A DNA stretch of 64,000 nt, taken from contig CBCXTS010000005.1 in NCBI GenBank assembly GCA_965178085.1, forward strand, positions 27,811 to 91,810. The letters run 5' to 3'. Position numbers and translations under genes: made by a program. Source of the stretch: Alphaproteobacteria bacterium (lineage in GTDB: Bacteria; Pseudomonadota; Alphaproteobacteria; CBCXTS01). Of the stretch, positions 1-15,000 are shown in pieces. The notes below the pieces were generated by a model. It was not told the DNA's origin. It saw only the letters and a list, made by a program, of their open reading frames with translations, and ran no database searches. Each line of letters begins with the position of its first letter. The stretch's first letter is position 1.

Positions 1-3000
1 ATAGAACTAGTTGCTGGATTAGATAATACTAACCCTGACAAATCACGCCGCGATACTGTCCAAACACCAGCCGATGAAGCCATACCAGCTGATAATGTAG
101 CTCCCGTTGACATACCTGATATATAAACAACCAACGTTTCACTACCATCCGTGTCCATCACAGCAACCGATAGGTCAAGAGTCATGTCGCCAGCATCTAT
201 TCTGGAAAGATTTGATCCTGTTGATAAAGTCGCCGTATCCAAAACCGGTTGTATTGTAAGGGCTATCCGATTAACCAACATAGCAGTGATCGAAGGCGCT
301 GCGACTTCGTTGGATATCGTTGTAACGCTCAAAGTAAAATCTCCAGAAACATGGGTTAATGGCATTAACATCAACCCTTGCAAATCACCTTCTGCTACCG
401 TCCAAGTTGTACCTACCTGCGTGCCTTTTGATAATTGATAATCCAAATTAGGAACATTAATATAAATACCAACCGTTTGTGATCCATCCGTGTCAACATG
501 CCTAATAGAAATATCAAGCGACAAACCATTATCTTCTACACCTGCATGCGCTCCTAGCTGCGCATTTGATGGCTCAACAGGTTCAGTAACATTAATGATA
601 TAGTTGCTAGCTGCTGCTAGCACAGAAGTACCTGTATTTGTATCTTGTGCAACACCTGTAATATTAAGAGTAAACTCCGTTGTAGTTTGGTTTTTATTAG
701 TAACTTGCAAGCCTGATAAAGCAGAGGCTGCTACACTCCATTTTGTATTACTAATTGTACCTGTTGATAAAGAAAAGCTTGCAGGCAGATTGGATATAAT
801 AAAATATAATGTATCATCTTCAGATTTATATTTAAGGTCGTAGTCATACACATCGTTATCTTTTATTGATACGTCCATGATGAGATTCTCTGCTAGACCT
901 ATCTGGGGAAAATTATTTACACTAGTAAAGGCTAAGGTTTCAGCAATTTTTGTAGCCGTAAAAGTAAAAATAGCAGTATAAAAGTCTGAAACAACCGCCA
1001 AGGGTGCACCCCCGCCAGCATTATAGGTATATTGATAAAAGCCGGTGCCAGAGCTATCAATAATCGACACATAGTCACCACTATTGCTTATAATTTGATA
1101 ACGAGTAGCACCAACACTCACCAGAGTATCTTGCACCGCTGCTGGATCCTTAGTACCTAATCGTATTGAAGCAACATATTCCTTGCCTACGCTCAAATCA
1201 CCCATCAGGTATGTCGTTTGTCCAAGCGTATTGGCTCCAAATCTTAATGTGCTTTTTTGTGATGGAAAAAGAGCATTAACTGAGGCCAACCTAGTGTTCA
1301 CTATGTTCGTTTGAATAGCGCCGTTCAAGTTCCAGCCCGACTCTAAAAAAGTGTCACCTAGAGTGGCAAAAGGACGCTGTGGAATATGTTCAATATCAAC
1401 TAATTCAAAATTGTTGCTATCTGCTCTAACATTATTACGCACAAGATGAGCTGGAAGTGTTGGTGGAGGAGGTAAGATATTTTCCGCGTGCAGCACTATC
1501 GCGCTTGAGGACATGGTCGTCCTACCATCAAGGTTTGATATAGCCACTGCGCTAACTTGAAGCGTATAATCTCCATTAAACTTAGCTGGTGTAGTTATCG
1601 TTAAACCAGTTAATTGCTCAGCTCCAAATGTCCATTTGCCGTTTTGGGATGTTCCTGCAGAAAAAACACTCCCTGTTGGTGGTGTAATATAAATGGACCT
1701 AATCCCTTCAGAGCCATCCGTATCTGATATCCCTACAGACAAAGCCAATGTAAAGGCTGAAAACTCTTGGCTTGTAGCTACTCCACTAGTAGCAATCTTG
1801 GGTGTATCAACCCCTAAATCTATAATCACACTATTGATCGAGCCAAGCTTAGTGATAGTGCTTGAAACATCACGTGCTACAGACGTAAGCTGCATTGTAA
1901 AATCTTGGCGAGTGCCTTGTGGTGTAAAGGTAACATTTTCAAACTGACTAGCAGGGACTGTCCATTTTCCAGATATCTCTGTTCCAACAGATAATGTCAC
2001 ATTGCTAGGAACATCCGATATAAGGATAAAGTTGGTCTCACTACCATCTGTGTCATAAACTGCATAGCTAACTGTATAGCTACCTGCCTTGTTGATCTCA
2101 ATTGAATCTATCAATAAGCCAAAACCAGATTGGCCGCCACGAGGTGGCTGTTGCGCTCCGCCAACGGCGGTATTCATTTCCAATCGCTGGTTCCCATTTG
2201 CTCCTGTAAAAGTCAACAAGATCGTTGTAAATGTACCATCTGATGGCAAACTATTATTGTTAATGGCTAGGCGATGGCTACCATAAAAAAATATATTAAA
2301 GGTTTTGTTTGTAGACAATTCAACACCATTGGCATCAAATTGGCGTGCCATGCGTGCTTTTAAAATATACGTCTCTCCAACAACAGTCGGTAAAAAGGTA
2401 AGTTGTAACAAGTCCTGGCCTGGATTTATCGTATCTAAAACATAGTTAACAGACGATCCTCCAGGTATATTGGCAGCGTCATACGATAAAATCTGAAGGG
2501 TTGCAAGCGTCGATCCAAGAAGTCCCCAATTACCAGCAGCGCCATTAGCAAAATCTCCTTGAGCTACCTTGCCATCAGATCCAGGATAAATATCCGATTG
2601 TAGAGTAAATGAAGGCGCTGTTGCCTGTATAACATAACTATCAACATAATTTGCAATCGTTGCAGGTTGTAGATTTTCGGTTACAGCCACACCAAGGGTA
2701 GATATTTGGATAGCTGTGGTGCCATTATCTTCAGAGGTTAGCGCCGTAACATTTAAGGTAAAGTCACCATGTGGGCCAAGGGTAGTTTTCAAACCAGATA
2801 ACTGGCTAGGCTGCAACGTCCAAATACCAAGTGAAGATAACGTACCTGCTGATAATTTAGCTCCCGTTGGCGTACCTGAAATATAAACTACCAATGTCTC
2901 ACTACCATCGGTATCGATCACTGAGGTTGAGATCACCAGATCAACTGCAATATCTTCTAATGTAGATGTGCTAATCGTTTGTAAGTTAGCACTATCTGCA

Positions 3001-6000
3001 AGAGCATCCAGCCTAACCACAATTGGCGCTGTTGAGCTAGCAAAAGAACCACTACCACTGTCTGAAGTTAATGCTGTAACACTTAACGTAAAGTTCTCTC
3101 CATAATGGGGAGAAGGCGCCAATTTTAAACCCGTTAGCTGCGCTTGGCTCAATGTCCAAACATTCGATAATGACGTACCTGCTGATAATGTCGAGCCCAT
3201 AGGCGCACCCGATACATAAATAAGCAATGTTTCACTACCATCGGTATCAAGATTACCGCCAATGGATATATTAAGCCCCAGCATGCTATCATCTTCAATT
3301 CCTGAAATCGCTTGCCCTACAACAGTTGTTGTACGCACACCTGTATCAACCACCGTTTGTTGAATGGCACCAACTTTAGTAATATTGGTTGAAACATCAA
3401 GCGCCACAGACGTAAGCTGCATTGTAAAATCTTGAAGTGTCCCTGTTGATCTAAAGTCAATCGCATCAAATGCACTAGCTGCAACCGTCCATTTACCTGA
3501 AACCAACGTAGCACCTGATAAAGTACTACCCGATGGAATAGCCGATAGAGTAACACTTGAAGGCACACCTGTTACAACAACAAAGTTGGTCTCGCTACCA
3601 TCAGTATCATGAAGCGTTACCGATAATGGATCCTCATTTCGATGTAAGCTTATATCGCTAATTAAAAACCCATTATTTTCAGTGAACACCCTTGGAGTAG
3701 CACCACTCGTTCGAAATGTTTCATGTTCAATAGTGGGTATGCTTGTAGGCGTATAAGTATAAGTAAAGGTCGCAAATCCACCATCTGTTGGAAGTTCCGT
3801 ATATAGAACCCTTATAACAGGAGCCGATCCACCAGCAATCCAAACATTATGTGCAAGATTAGTTCCTCCCGTTTGAGGCCGCGCTAGCTTAATTGACAAT
3901 ACATACTCTTCATTAAGCGCTACGGAGTTTGGTATATGACGAAGCCCTTGATAATAATTGGTACTAGGTGTTGTATTTAATGTACCAAATACATAGCGCG
4001 TTGATGACCCACCAGGTATACCTGCAGCTTGTTCGCTTTTGATATCATTAGGAACACCCCCAGCCCCAGTTATTACAGTTATCCCAACAGGACCAGTAGC
4101 ACTCACATAAGATTGCGCAAGATGATCCGGGTTAAATGTAAATTTGCTTTGCGTATCATTGACATTCAACACGCTTGGTATACCTAAAATGGTAGCAGGT
4201 TGTAAGGTTTCAGTCACAGCCACACCAAGGCTAGATATTTGGACGGTTGAAGAACCACTATCTTCAGAGGTGAGCGCCGTCACACTTAAGGTAAAGTCAC
4301 CATGAGGACCAGGGGTAACTTGCAAACCAGATAATTGACTAGACTGCAACGTCCAAATACCAAGCGATGATAGCGTACCTGCTGATAATTTAGCTCCCGT
4401 TGGCGTACCTGAGATATAAACTACCAATGTCTCACTACCATCGGTATCTATAACTGAGGTAGATATCGCCAGATCAACCGCTAGATCTTCTAATGTAGAG
4501 GTACTGATTGTTTGTAATTTGGCGCTGTCAACTACACCTGATACGCTCACTGCAAGCGATGATGTGATAAATGTTGAAGACGTCCCGTCACTTTCTGATG
4601 TCAAGGATGTTACCGATAAGGTAAAATCTTGGGCAGAATGTGGCGTGGGCGTAATTTGCAAGCCTGATAAGTCACCTGATTGCAGCGTCCAAACACCAGA
4701 TGACAACATACCTGCTGATAATGTAGCTCCCGTTGGCGTACCCGATATATAGATAACCAATGTCTCAGAGCCATCGCTATCATCCAATGAGGTTGAAATC
4801 ACTAGATTAACCGATTGATCTTCTAGTGTTGATGCACTGATTGTTTGTAACTTGGCGCTATCAGCTACACCAGATACCCTAACTGCAAGCGATGATGTCG
4901 TAAATATCGAAGACGCACCGTCATCTTCTGATGTCAAAGCTGTTACCGCTAAGGTAAACTCAGCGCTTGCATGCTTACTTAGCGTTACTTGCAAGCCCGA
5001 TAATTGGTTTGGTTGCAACGTCCAAATACCAAGCGATGACACCGTACCTGCTGATAATGTAGCTCCCGTTGGCGTGCCCGAGATATAAACTACCAACGTT
5101 TCAGAGCCATCGCTATCAATGGCACTGGATGATATAGCAAGATTAACTGCTTGATCTTCAAATCCACTAGCGCTTACAACACCAATCGAAGCCGTATCAG
5201 CTATGCCTGATACTGTCACTAAAAGCTCTGATGTTGTCATCACAGACACTGCACCATTATTATCCGAAGTGACAGCAGTAACCGACAAGGTAAAGTCTTG
5301 GTTTGAATGGGTTAACGTTGTAACTTGTAACTGCAAACTTGAGAGTTGATGCTCATGGATTGTCCATATACCAACCGATGAAACCGTACCTGTTAATAGC
5401 TTTGCTCCCGTTGGAACATTGGATATATACAAAACTAGCGTTTGATCATTATTAATATCAACGTTTGAAACAGAAATAAACAAACTTGCTGTATAACCCT
5501 CTTGTGTTGAAGCACTCTGGGTATGCAAGTTGGCAACCAAGGGATTGGCTGACAAACGAGTAAATAAGCTAGCAACAGAAATGGTTGAATGCGTACCATC
5601 ACTTTCTGAGCTTAAAGCTGTAATCGATAAGGTAAAATCTCTAGTACCTGGCATCGGCGTTATCTGCAAACCTGATAATTGGTTGGTTTCTAATGTCCAA
5701 ACACCAACCGATGAAACCGTACCTGCTGACAACTTAGCTCCCGTTGGAACATCTGATATATAAAGCATTAATGTCTCAGAGCCATCTGTATCAATAAGCG
5801 ATGTTGATAATTGAAGCGTGATGCCATAACCTGCAAATCCACTAGCGCTTACAACACCAATCAAAGCCGTATCAGCAATACCTGATACCGTAACTGCAAG
5901 ATCGCTGGTCGTAAATACCGATGATGTACCATCACTCTCAGAGGTCAAGGCCGTAACCGATAAGGTAAACTCTTGGTCCAAATGGGCGCTTGGCGTTACC

Positions 6001-9000
6001 TGCAAGCCTGATAATTGACTGGTTTGTAATGTCCATATACCAGCAGATGAAACCGTACCTGCTGACAAGCTAGCACCCGTTGGCACACCCGATATATAGA
6101 CAACCAATGTCTCAGAGCCGTCGCTATCAATGGCAATGGCTGATATCTCAAGGTTAATTGCCTGATCTTCAAAACCACTAGCACTGACCACGCCAAACGA
6201 GGCCGTATCGGCTATGCCCGATACCGTAACTGCAAGGTCACTGGTGATAAATACCGATGATGTACCATCACTCTCAGAGGTCAAGGCCGTAACCGATAAG
6301 GTAAATTCTTGGTCTGAATGCACAAGCGGCGTTACCTGCAAGCCTGATAATTGACTGGTTTCTAATGTCCATACACCAACCGATGAAACCGTACCCGCTG
6401 ATAGCTTAGCACCCGTTGGTACATTAGATATATAGACAACCAATGTCTCAGAGCCATCACTATCAATGGCAATGGCTGATATCGCAAGGTTAATTGCTTG
6501 ATCTTCAAAACCACTAGCGCTTACAACACCAAACGAGGCCGTGTCAGCTATGCCCGATACCGTAACTGCAAGATCACTGGTCGTAAATACCGATGATGTA
6601 CCATCAGCTTCAGAGGTTAAGGCCGTAACCGATAGGGTAAATTCTTGGTCTGAATGCGCAAGCGGCGTTACCTGCAAGCCCGATAATTGACTGGTTTCTA
6701 ATGTCCAAACACCCGCCGATGAAACCGTACCTGCTGACAAGCTAGCACCCGTTGGTACATTAGATATATAGACAACCAATGTCTCAGAGCCATCACTATC
6801 AATGGCAATGGCTGATATAGCAAGGTTAATCCCTTGATCTTCAAAACCGCTAGCGCTTACAACACCAAACGAGGCCGTATCAGCAACACCTGATACCGTA
6901 ACTGCAAGATCGCTCGTGGTAAATATCGATGATGTACCATCACTCTCAGAGGTCAAGGCCGTAACCGATAGGGTAAACTCTTGGTTTGAATGCACGCTTG
7001 GCGTTACCTGCAAGCTTGATAATTGACTTGTTTGCAACGTCCAAACACCCGCCGATGAAACCGTACCTGCTGACAAGCTAGCACCCGTTGGTACACCCGA
7101 TATATAGACAACCAAGGTCTCGCTGCCATCACTATCAATGGCAATGGCTGATATAGCAAGATTAATTGCTTGATCTTCAAAACCACTAGCACTTACAACA
7201 CCAAACGAGGCCGTATCGGCTATGCCCGATAGCGTAACTGCAATATTGCCCATTGCAACGCTTGATGATATGCCATCACTCTCAGAGGTTAATGCCGTAA
7301 CCGACAAGGTAAATTCATTGTCTGAGTGCGCAGGTGGCGTCACCTGCAAACCTGATAATTGACTAGATTGGATTGTCCATATACCAGCCGATGAAACCGT
7401 ACCAGTTGATAGCTTAGCACCCGTTGGAAGATTGCCAATATAAAGAACGAGTGTTTCGCTGCCGTCTGTATCCAATATTGCAGATGATATCACAATATTG
7501 ATGCCTTGATCTTCAAAGCCACTGGCCTGAATTTGTTGCAAGGCTGGCGTGTCAGCTATGCCCGATACCGTAACTGCAAGATCGCTCGTGGTAAATATCG
7601 ATGATGTACCATCAGCTTCAGAGGTCAATGCCGTAACTGACAAAGTAAATTCTTGGTCTGAATGTGCGCTTGGCGTTACCTGCAAGCCTGATAATTGACT
7701 GGTTTCTAATGTCCATACACCAGCAGATGAGACCGTACCTGCTGACAAGCTAGCACCCGTTGGCACACCCGATATATAGACAACCAATGTCTCAGAGCCA
7801 TCGCTATCAATGGCAATAGCTGATATTGCAAGGTTAATTGCTTGATCTTCAAAACCACTAGCACTTACCACACCAAACGAGGCCGTATCGGCAATACCAG
7901 ACACCTTAACTGCAAGGTCACTGGTGGTAAATATCAATGATGTACCATCACTCTCAGAGGTCAAGGCCGTAACCGATAAGGTAAACTCTTGGTCTGAATG
8001 TGCGCTTGGCGTAATTTGCAAACCTGATAATTGACTGGTTTGGATTGTCCATATGCCAGCCGATGAAACCGTACCTGCTGATAGCTTTGTCCCCGTTGGA
8101 ACGTTTGATATGTAAACAATCAATGTCTCACTACCATCACTATCAGTGGCAACGGCTGATATAGCAATCGCAAGATTAATTGCTTGGTCCTCAAACCCGC
8201 TAGCGCTTACCACATTAACCGAAGCCGTGTCAGCTATGCCCGATACCGTTACTGCAAGATCGCTGGTGGTAAATACCGATGATGTACCATCACTCTCAGA
8301 GGTTAAGGCCGTAACCGATAGGGTAAACTCTTGGTCTGAATGGGCGCTTGGCGTTACCTGCAAGCCTGATAATTGACTGGTTTGTAACGTCCATATACCA
8401 GCAGATGAAACCGTACCCGCTGATAGCTTAGCCCCCGTTGGCACACCCGATATATAGACAACCAATGTCTCAGAGCCATCACTATCAATGGCAATGGCTG
8501 ATATCGCAAGGTTAATCCCTTGATCTTCAAAACCGCTAGCGCTTACAACACCAAGCGAGGCAGTGTCGGCAATACCTGATACCGTAACTGCAAGATCACT
8601 GGTGGTAAATATCGATGATGTACCATCACTCTCAGAGGTCAAGGCCGTAACCGATAGGGTAAATTCTCGCTCCAAATGCACGCTTGGCGTTACCTGCAAG
8701 CTTGATAATTGACTTGTTTGCAACGTCCAAACACCCGCCGATGAAACCGTACCTGCTGACAAGCTAGCACCCGTTGGTACATTGGATATATAAATAACCA
8801 AGGTCTCGCTGCCATCACTATCAATGGCAACAGCTGATATCGCAAGGTTAATTGCTTGATCCTCAAAACCACTAGCACTTACAACACCAAACGAGGCCGT
8901 ATCGGCTATGCCCGATAGCGTAACTGCAATATTGCCCGTTGCAACGCTTGATGATATGCCATCACTCTCAGAGGTTAATGCCGTAACCGACAAGGTAAAT

Positions 9001-12000
9001 TCATTGTCTGAGTGCGCAGGTGGCGTCACCTGCAAACCTGATAATTGACTAGATTGGATTGTCCATATACCAGCCGATGAAACCGTACCGGTTGATAGCT
9101 TAGCACCCGTTGGAAGATTGCCAATATAAAGAACGAGTGTTTCGCTGCCGTCTGTATCCAATATTGCAGATGATATCACAATATTGATGCCTTGATCTTC
9201 AAAGCCACTGGCCTGAATTTGTTGCAAGGCTGGCGTGTCAGCTATGCCCGATACCGTCACTGCAAGATCGCTCGTGGTAAATATCGATGATGTACCATCA
9301 CTCTCAGAGGTCAATGCCGTAACCGATAGGGTAAATTCTTGGTCTGAATGTGCGCTTGGCGTTACCTGCAAGCCTGATAATTGACTGGTTTCTAATGTCC
9401 ATACACCAGCAGATGAGACCGTACCTGCTGACAAGCTAGCACCCGTTGGCACACCCGATATATAGACAACCAATGTCTCAGAGCCATCGCTATCAATGGC
9501 AATAGCTGATATTGCAAGGTTAATTGCTTGATCTTCAAAACCACTAGCACTTACCACACCAAACGAGGCCGTATCGGCAATACCAGACACCTTAACTGCA
9601 AGGTCACTGGTGGTAAATATCAATGATGTACCATCACTCTCAGAGGTCAAGGCCGTAACCGATAAGGTAAACTCTTGGTCTGAATGTGCGCTTGGCGTAA
9701 TTTGCAAACCTGATAATTGACTGGTTTGGATTGTCCATATGCCAGCCGATGAAACCGTACCTGCTGACAAGCTAGCCCCCGTTGGAACGTTTGATATGTA
9801 AACAATCAATGTCTCACTACCATCACTATCAGTGGCAACGGCTGATATAGCAATCGCAAGATTAATTGCTTGGTCCTCAAACCCGCTAGCGCTTACCACA
9901 TTAACCGAAGCCGTGTCAGCTATGCCCGATACCGTAACTGCAAGATCGCTCGTGGTAAATATCGATGATGTACCATCGCTTTCAGAGGTTAAGGCCGTAA
10001 CCGATAGGGTAAACTCTTGGTCTGAATGGGCGCTTGGCGTTACTTGCAAGCCTGATAATTGACTGGTTTGTAACGTCCATATACCAGCAGATGAAACCGT
10101 ACCTGCTGACAAGCTAGCACCCGTTGGTACATTAGATATATAGACAACCAATGTCTCAGAGCCATCACTATCAATGGCAATGGCTGATATCGCAAGGTTA
10201 ATCCCTTGATCTTCAAAACCGCTAGCGCTTACAACACCAAGCGAGGCAGTGTCGGCAATACCTGATACCGTAACTGCAAGATCACTGGTGGTAAATATCG
10301 ATGATGTACCATCACTCTCAGAGGTCAAGGCCGTAACCGATAGGGTAAATTCTCGCTCCAAATGGGCGCTTGGCGTTACCTGCAAGCTTGATAATTGACT
10401 TGTTTGCAATGTCCATACACCAGCAGATGAAACCGTACCCGCTGATAGCTTTGCCCCCGTTGGCACATTAGATATATAGACAACCAATGTCTCAGAGCCA
10501 TCGCTATCAATGGCAATGGCTGATATCGCAAGGTTAATCCCTTGATCTTCAAAACCACTAGCACTTACAACACCAACCGAGGCCGTATCAGCAACACCTG
10601 ATACCGTAACTGCAAGATCGCTGGTCGTAAATACCGATGATGTACCATCACTCTCAGAGGTTAAGGCCGTGACCGATAGGGTAAATTCTCGATCTGAATG
10701 GGCGCTTGGCGTTACCTGCAAGCCTGATAATTGACTGGTTTGGATTGTCCAAACACCCGCCGATGAAACCGTACCTGCTGACAAGCTAGCCCCCGTTGGC
10801 AGGCTTGATATATAGACAACCAATGTCTCAGAGCCATCACTATCAATGGCAATAGCTGATATTGCAAGGTTAATCCCTTGATCTTCAAAACCGCTAGCGC
10901 TTACAACACCAAACGAGGCCGTATCAGCAACACCTGATACCGTAACTGCAAGGCCACTGGTGGTAAATATCGATGATGTACCATCACTCTCAGAGGTCAA
11001 GGCCGTAACTGACAAAGTAAATTCATTGTCTGAATGGGCGCTTGGTGTTACCTGCAAACCTGATAATTGACTTGTTTGCAACGTCCAAACACCCGCCGAT
11101 GAAACCGTACCTGCTGACAAGCTAGCACCCGTTGGTACATTGGATATATAAATAACCAAAGTCTCGCTGCCATCACTATCAATGGCAATGGCTGATATAG
11201 CAAGGTTAATTGCTTGATCTTCAAAACCACTAGCGCTTACAACACCAAACGAGGCCGTATCGGCTATACCCGATACCTTAACTGCAATATTGCCTGTCGT
11301 GAAACTCGATGACGTGCCATCATCTTCAGAAGTGATAGCCGTAACCGATAGGGTAAATTCATTGTCTGAGTGCGCAGGTGGCGTCACCTGCAAACCCGAT
11401 AATTGATTAGATTGGATTGTCCATATACCAGCCGATGAAACCGTACCGGTTGATAGCTTAGCTCCCGTTGGAAGATTGCCAATATAAAGAACGAGTGTTT
11501 CGCTGCCGTCTGTATCCAATATTGCAGATGATATCACAATATTGATGCCTTGATCTTCAAAGCCACTGGCCTGAATTTGTTGCAAGGCTGGCGTGTCAGC
11601 TATGCCCGATACCGTCACTGCAAGGTCACTGGTGGTAAATATCGATGATGTACCATCACTCTCAGAGGTCAATGCCGTAACCGATAGGGTAAATTCTTGG
11701 TCTGAATGGGCGCTTGGTGTTACCTGCAAACCTGATAATTGACTGGTTTCTAATGTCCATATACCAGCAGATGAAACCGTACCTGCTGACAAGCTAGCAC
11801 CCGTTGGCACACCCGATATATAGACAACCAATGTCTCAGAGCCGTCGCTATCAATGGCAATAGCTGATATTGCAAGGTTAATTGCTTGATCTTCAAAACC
11901 ACTAGCACTTACCACGCCAAACGAGGCAGTGTCGGCAATACCAGATACCGTAACTGCAAGATCACTGGTGATAAATACCGATGATGTACCATCACTCTCA

Positions 12001-15000
12001 GAGGTCAAGGCCGTAACCGATAAGGTAAATTCTTGGTCCAAATGGGCAAGCGGCGTTACCTGCAAACCTGATAATTGACTGGTTTCTAATGTCCATACAC
12101 CAACCGATGAAACCGTACCCGCTGATAGCTTAGCCCCCGTTGGTACATTAGATATATAGACAACCAATGTCTCAGAGCCATCACTATCAATGGCAATGGC
12201 TGATATAGCAAGGTTAATTGCTTGATCTTCAAAACCACTAGCGCTTACAACACCAAATGAGGCGGTATCGGCTATGCCCGATACCGTAACTGCAAGATCA
12301 CTGGTGGTAAATACCGATGATGTACCATCAGCTTCAGAGGTTAAGGCCGTAACCGATAGGGTAAACTCTTGGTCCAAATGGGCGCTTGGCGTTACCTGCA
12401 AACCTGATAATTGACTGGTTTCTAATGTCCAAACACCAACCGATGAAACCGTACCTGCTGATAGCTTAGCCCCCGTTGGCACACCCGATATATAGACAAC
12501 CAATGTCTCGCTGCCATCACTATCAATGGCAATGGCTGATATAGCAAGGTTAATCCCTTGATCTTCAAAACCACTAGCGCTTACAACACCAAACGAGGCC
12601 GTGTCAGCTATACCTGATACCGCAACTGCAAGATCGCTGGTGGTAAATATCGATGATGTACCATCACTCTCAGAGGTCAAGGCCGTAACCGATAGGGTAA
12701 ATTCTTGGTCCAAATGGGCGCTTGGTGTTACCTGCAAGCTTGATAATTGACTTGTTTGCAACGTCCATATACCCGCCGATGAAACCGTACCTGCTGACAA
12801 GCTAGCACCCGTTGGTACATTGGATATATAAATAACCAATGTCTCGCTGCCATCACTATCAATGGCAATGGCTGATATAGCAAGGTTAATTGCTTGATCC
12901 TCAAAACCGCTAGCGCTTACCACACCAAACGAGGCCGTATCGGCTATGCCCGATAGCGTAACTGCAATATTGCCCGTTGCAACGCTTGATGATATGCCAT
13001 CACTCTCAGAGGTTAAGGCCGTAACCGATAGGGTAAATTCTCGGTCTGAATGGGCGCTTGGTGTCACCTGCAAACCCGATAATTGATTAGATTGGATTGT
13101 CCATATACCAGCAGATGAAACCGTACCGGTTGATAGCTTAGCACCCGTTGGAAGATTGCCAATATAAAGAACGAGTGTTTCGCTGCCATCTGTATCTAAT
13201 ATCGCAGATGATATCACAATATTGATGCCTTGATCTTCAAAGCCACTGGCCTGAATTTGTTGCAAGGCTGGCGTGTCAGCTATGCCCGATACCGTCACTG
13301 CAAGGTCACTGGTGGTAAATATCGATGATGTACCATCAGCTTCAGAGGTCAATGCCGTAACCGATAGGGTGAATTCTTGGTCTGAATGGGCGCTTGGCGT
13401 TACCTGCAAGCCTGATAATTGACTGGTTTGGATTGTCCATATACCAGCAGATGAAACCGTACCTGCTGACAAGCTAGCACCCGTTGGCACACCCGATATA
13501 TAGACAACCAATGTCTCAGAGCCATCGCTATCAATGGCAATGGCTGATATAGCAAGGTTAATTGCTTGATCTTCAAAACCACTAGCACTTACCACACCAA
13601 ACGAGGCCGTGTCGGCTATGCCCGATAGCGTAACTGCAAGATCACTGGTGGTAAATATCGATGATGTACCATCACTCTCAGAGGTCAAGGCCGTAACCGA
13701 TAAGGTGAAATCATTGTCTGTGTGTGCAAGCGACGTTACTTGCAGACCTGATAATTGACTAGATTGGATTGTCCATATACCAACCGATGAAACCGTACCT
13801 GCTGACAAGCTAGCACCCGTTGGAAGATTGCCAATATAAAGAACGAGTGTTTCGCTGCCGTCTGTATCCAATATTGCAGATGATATCACAATATTGATGC
13901 CTTGATCTTCAAAACCACTGGCCTGAATTTGTTGCAAGGCTGGCGTGTCAGCTATGCCCGATACCGTCACTGCAAGGTCACTGGTGGTAAATATCGATGA
14001 TGTACCATCACTCTCAGAGGTCAAGGCCGTAACCGATAGGGTAAATTCTCGGTCTGAATGGGCGCTTGGTGTTACCTGCAAGCCTGATAATTGACTGGTT
14101 TGTAACGTCCAGACACCTAATGATGAAATCGTACCTGCTGACAAGCTAGCACCCGTTGGTACACCCGATATATAGACAACCAATGTCTCACTGCCATCAC
14201 TATCTATGAGCGAACTAGAAATTGTAAGCCCAATCGCTTGGTCTTCAATAGTAGATGCAGACATTGTCTCTAACGCTGCTGTGTCAGCTATACCCGATAC
14301 CGTAACTGCAAGATCACTTGTGGTAAAGATCGATGATGTGCCATCATCTTCAGAGGTTAAGGCCGTAACCGATAACGTGAATTCAGCGTCTGAATGCACG
14401 CTTGGCGTCACTTGCAAACCCGATAATTGACTAGATTGTATTGTCCAAACACCACCCGATGAAACCGTACCTGCTGACAAGCTAGCACCCGTTGGTACAC
14501 CCGATATATAGACAACCAATGTCTCACTACCATCGCTATCAATGGCAACAGCTGATATCGCAAGGTTAATTGCTTGATCCTCAAAACCACTAGCGCTTAC
14601 CACGCCAAACGAGGCCGTATCGGCTATACCCGATAGCGTAACTGCAATATTGCCCGTTGCAATGCTTGATGATGTACCGTCATCTTCAGAGGTTAAGGCC
14701 GTAACCGACAAGGTAAATTCATTGTCTGAATGCACAGGTGGCGTCACCTGCAAACCTGATAATTGATTAGATTGGATTGTCCAAACACCAGCCGATGATG
14801 CCGTACCCGCTGATAGCTTAGCTCCCGTTGGAAGATTGCCAATATAAAGAACGAGTGTTTCGCTGCCATCTGTATCTAATATCGCAGATGATATCACAAT
14901 ATTGATGCCTTGATCTTCAAAACCACTGGCTTGAATTTGTTGCAAAGCAGGAGTGTCAGCAACACCTGATACCGTAACTGCAAGATCACTGGTCGTAAAT

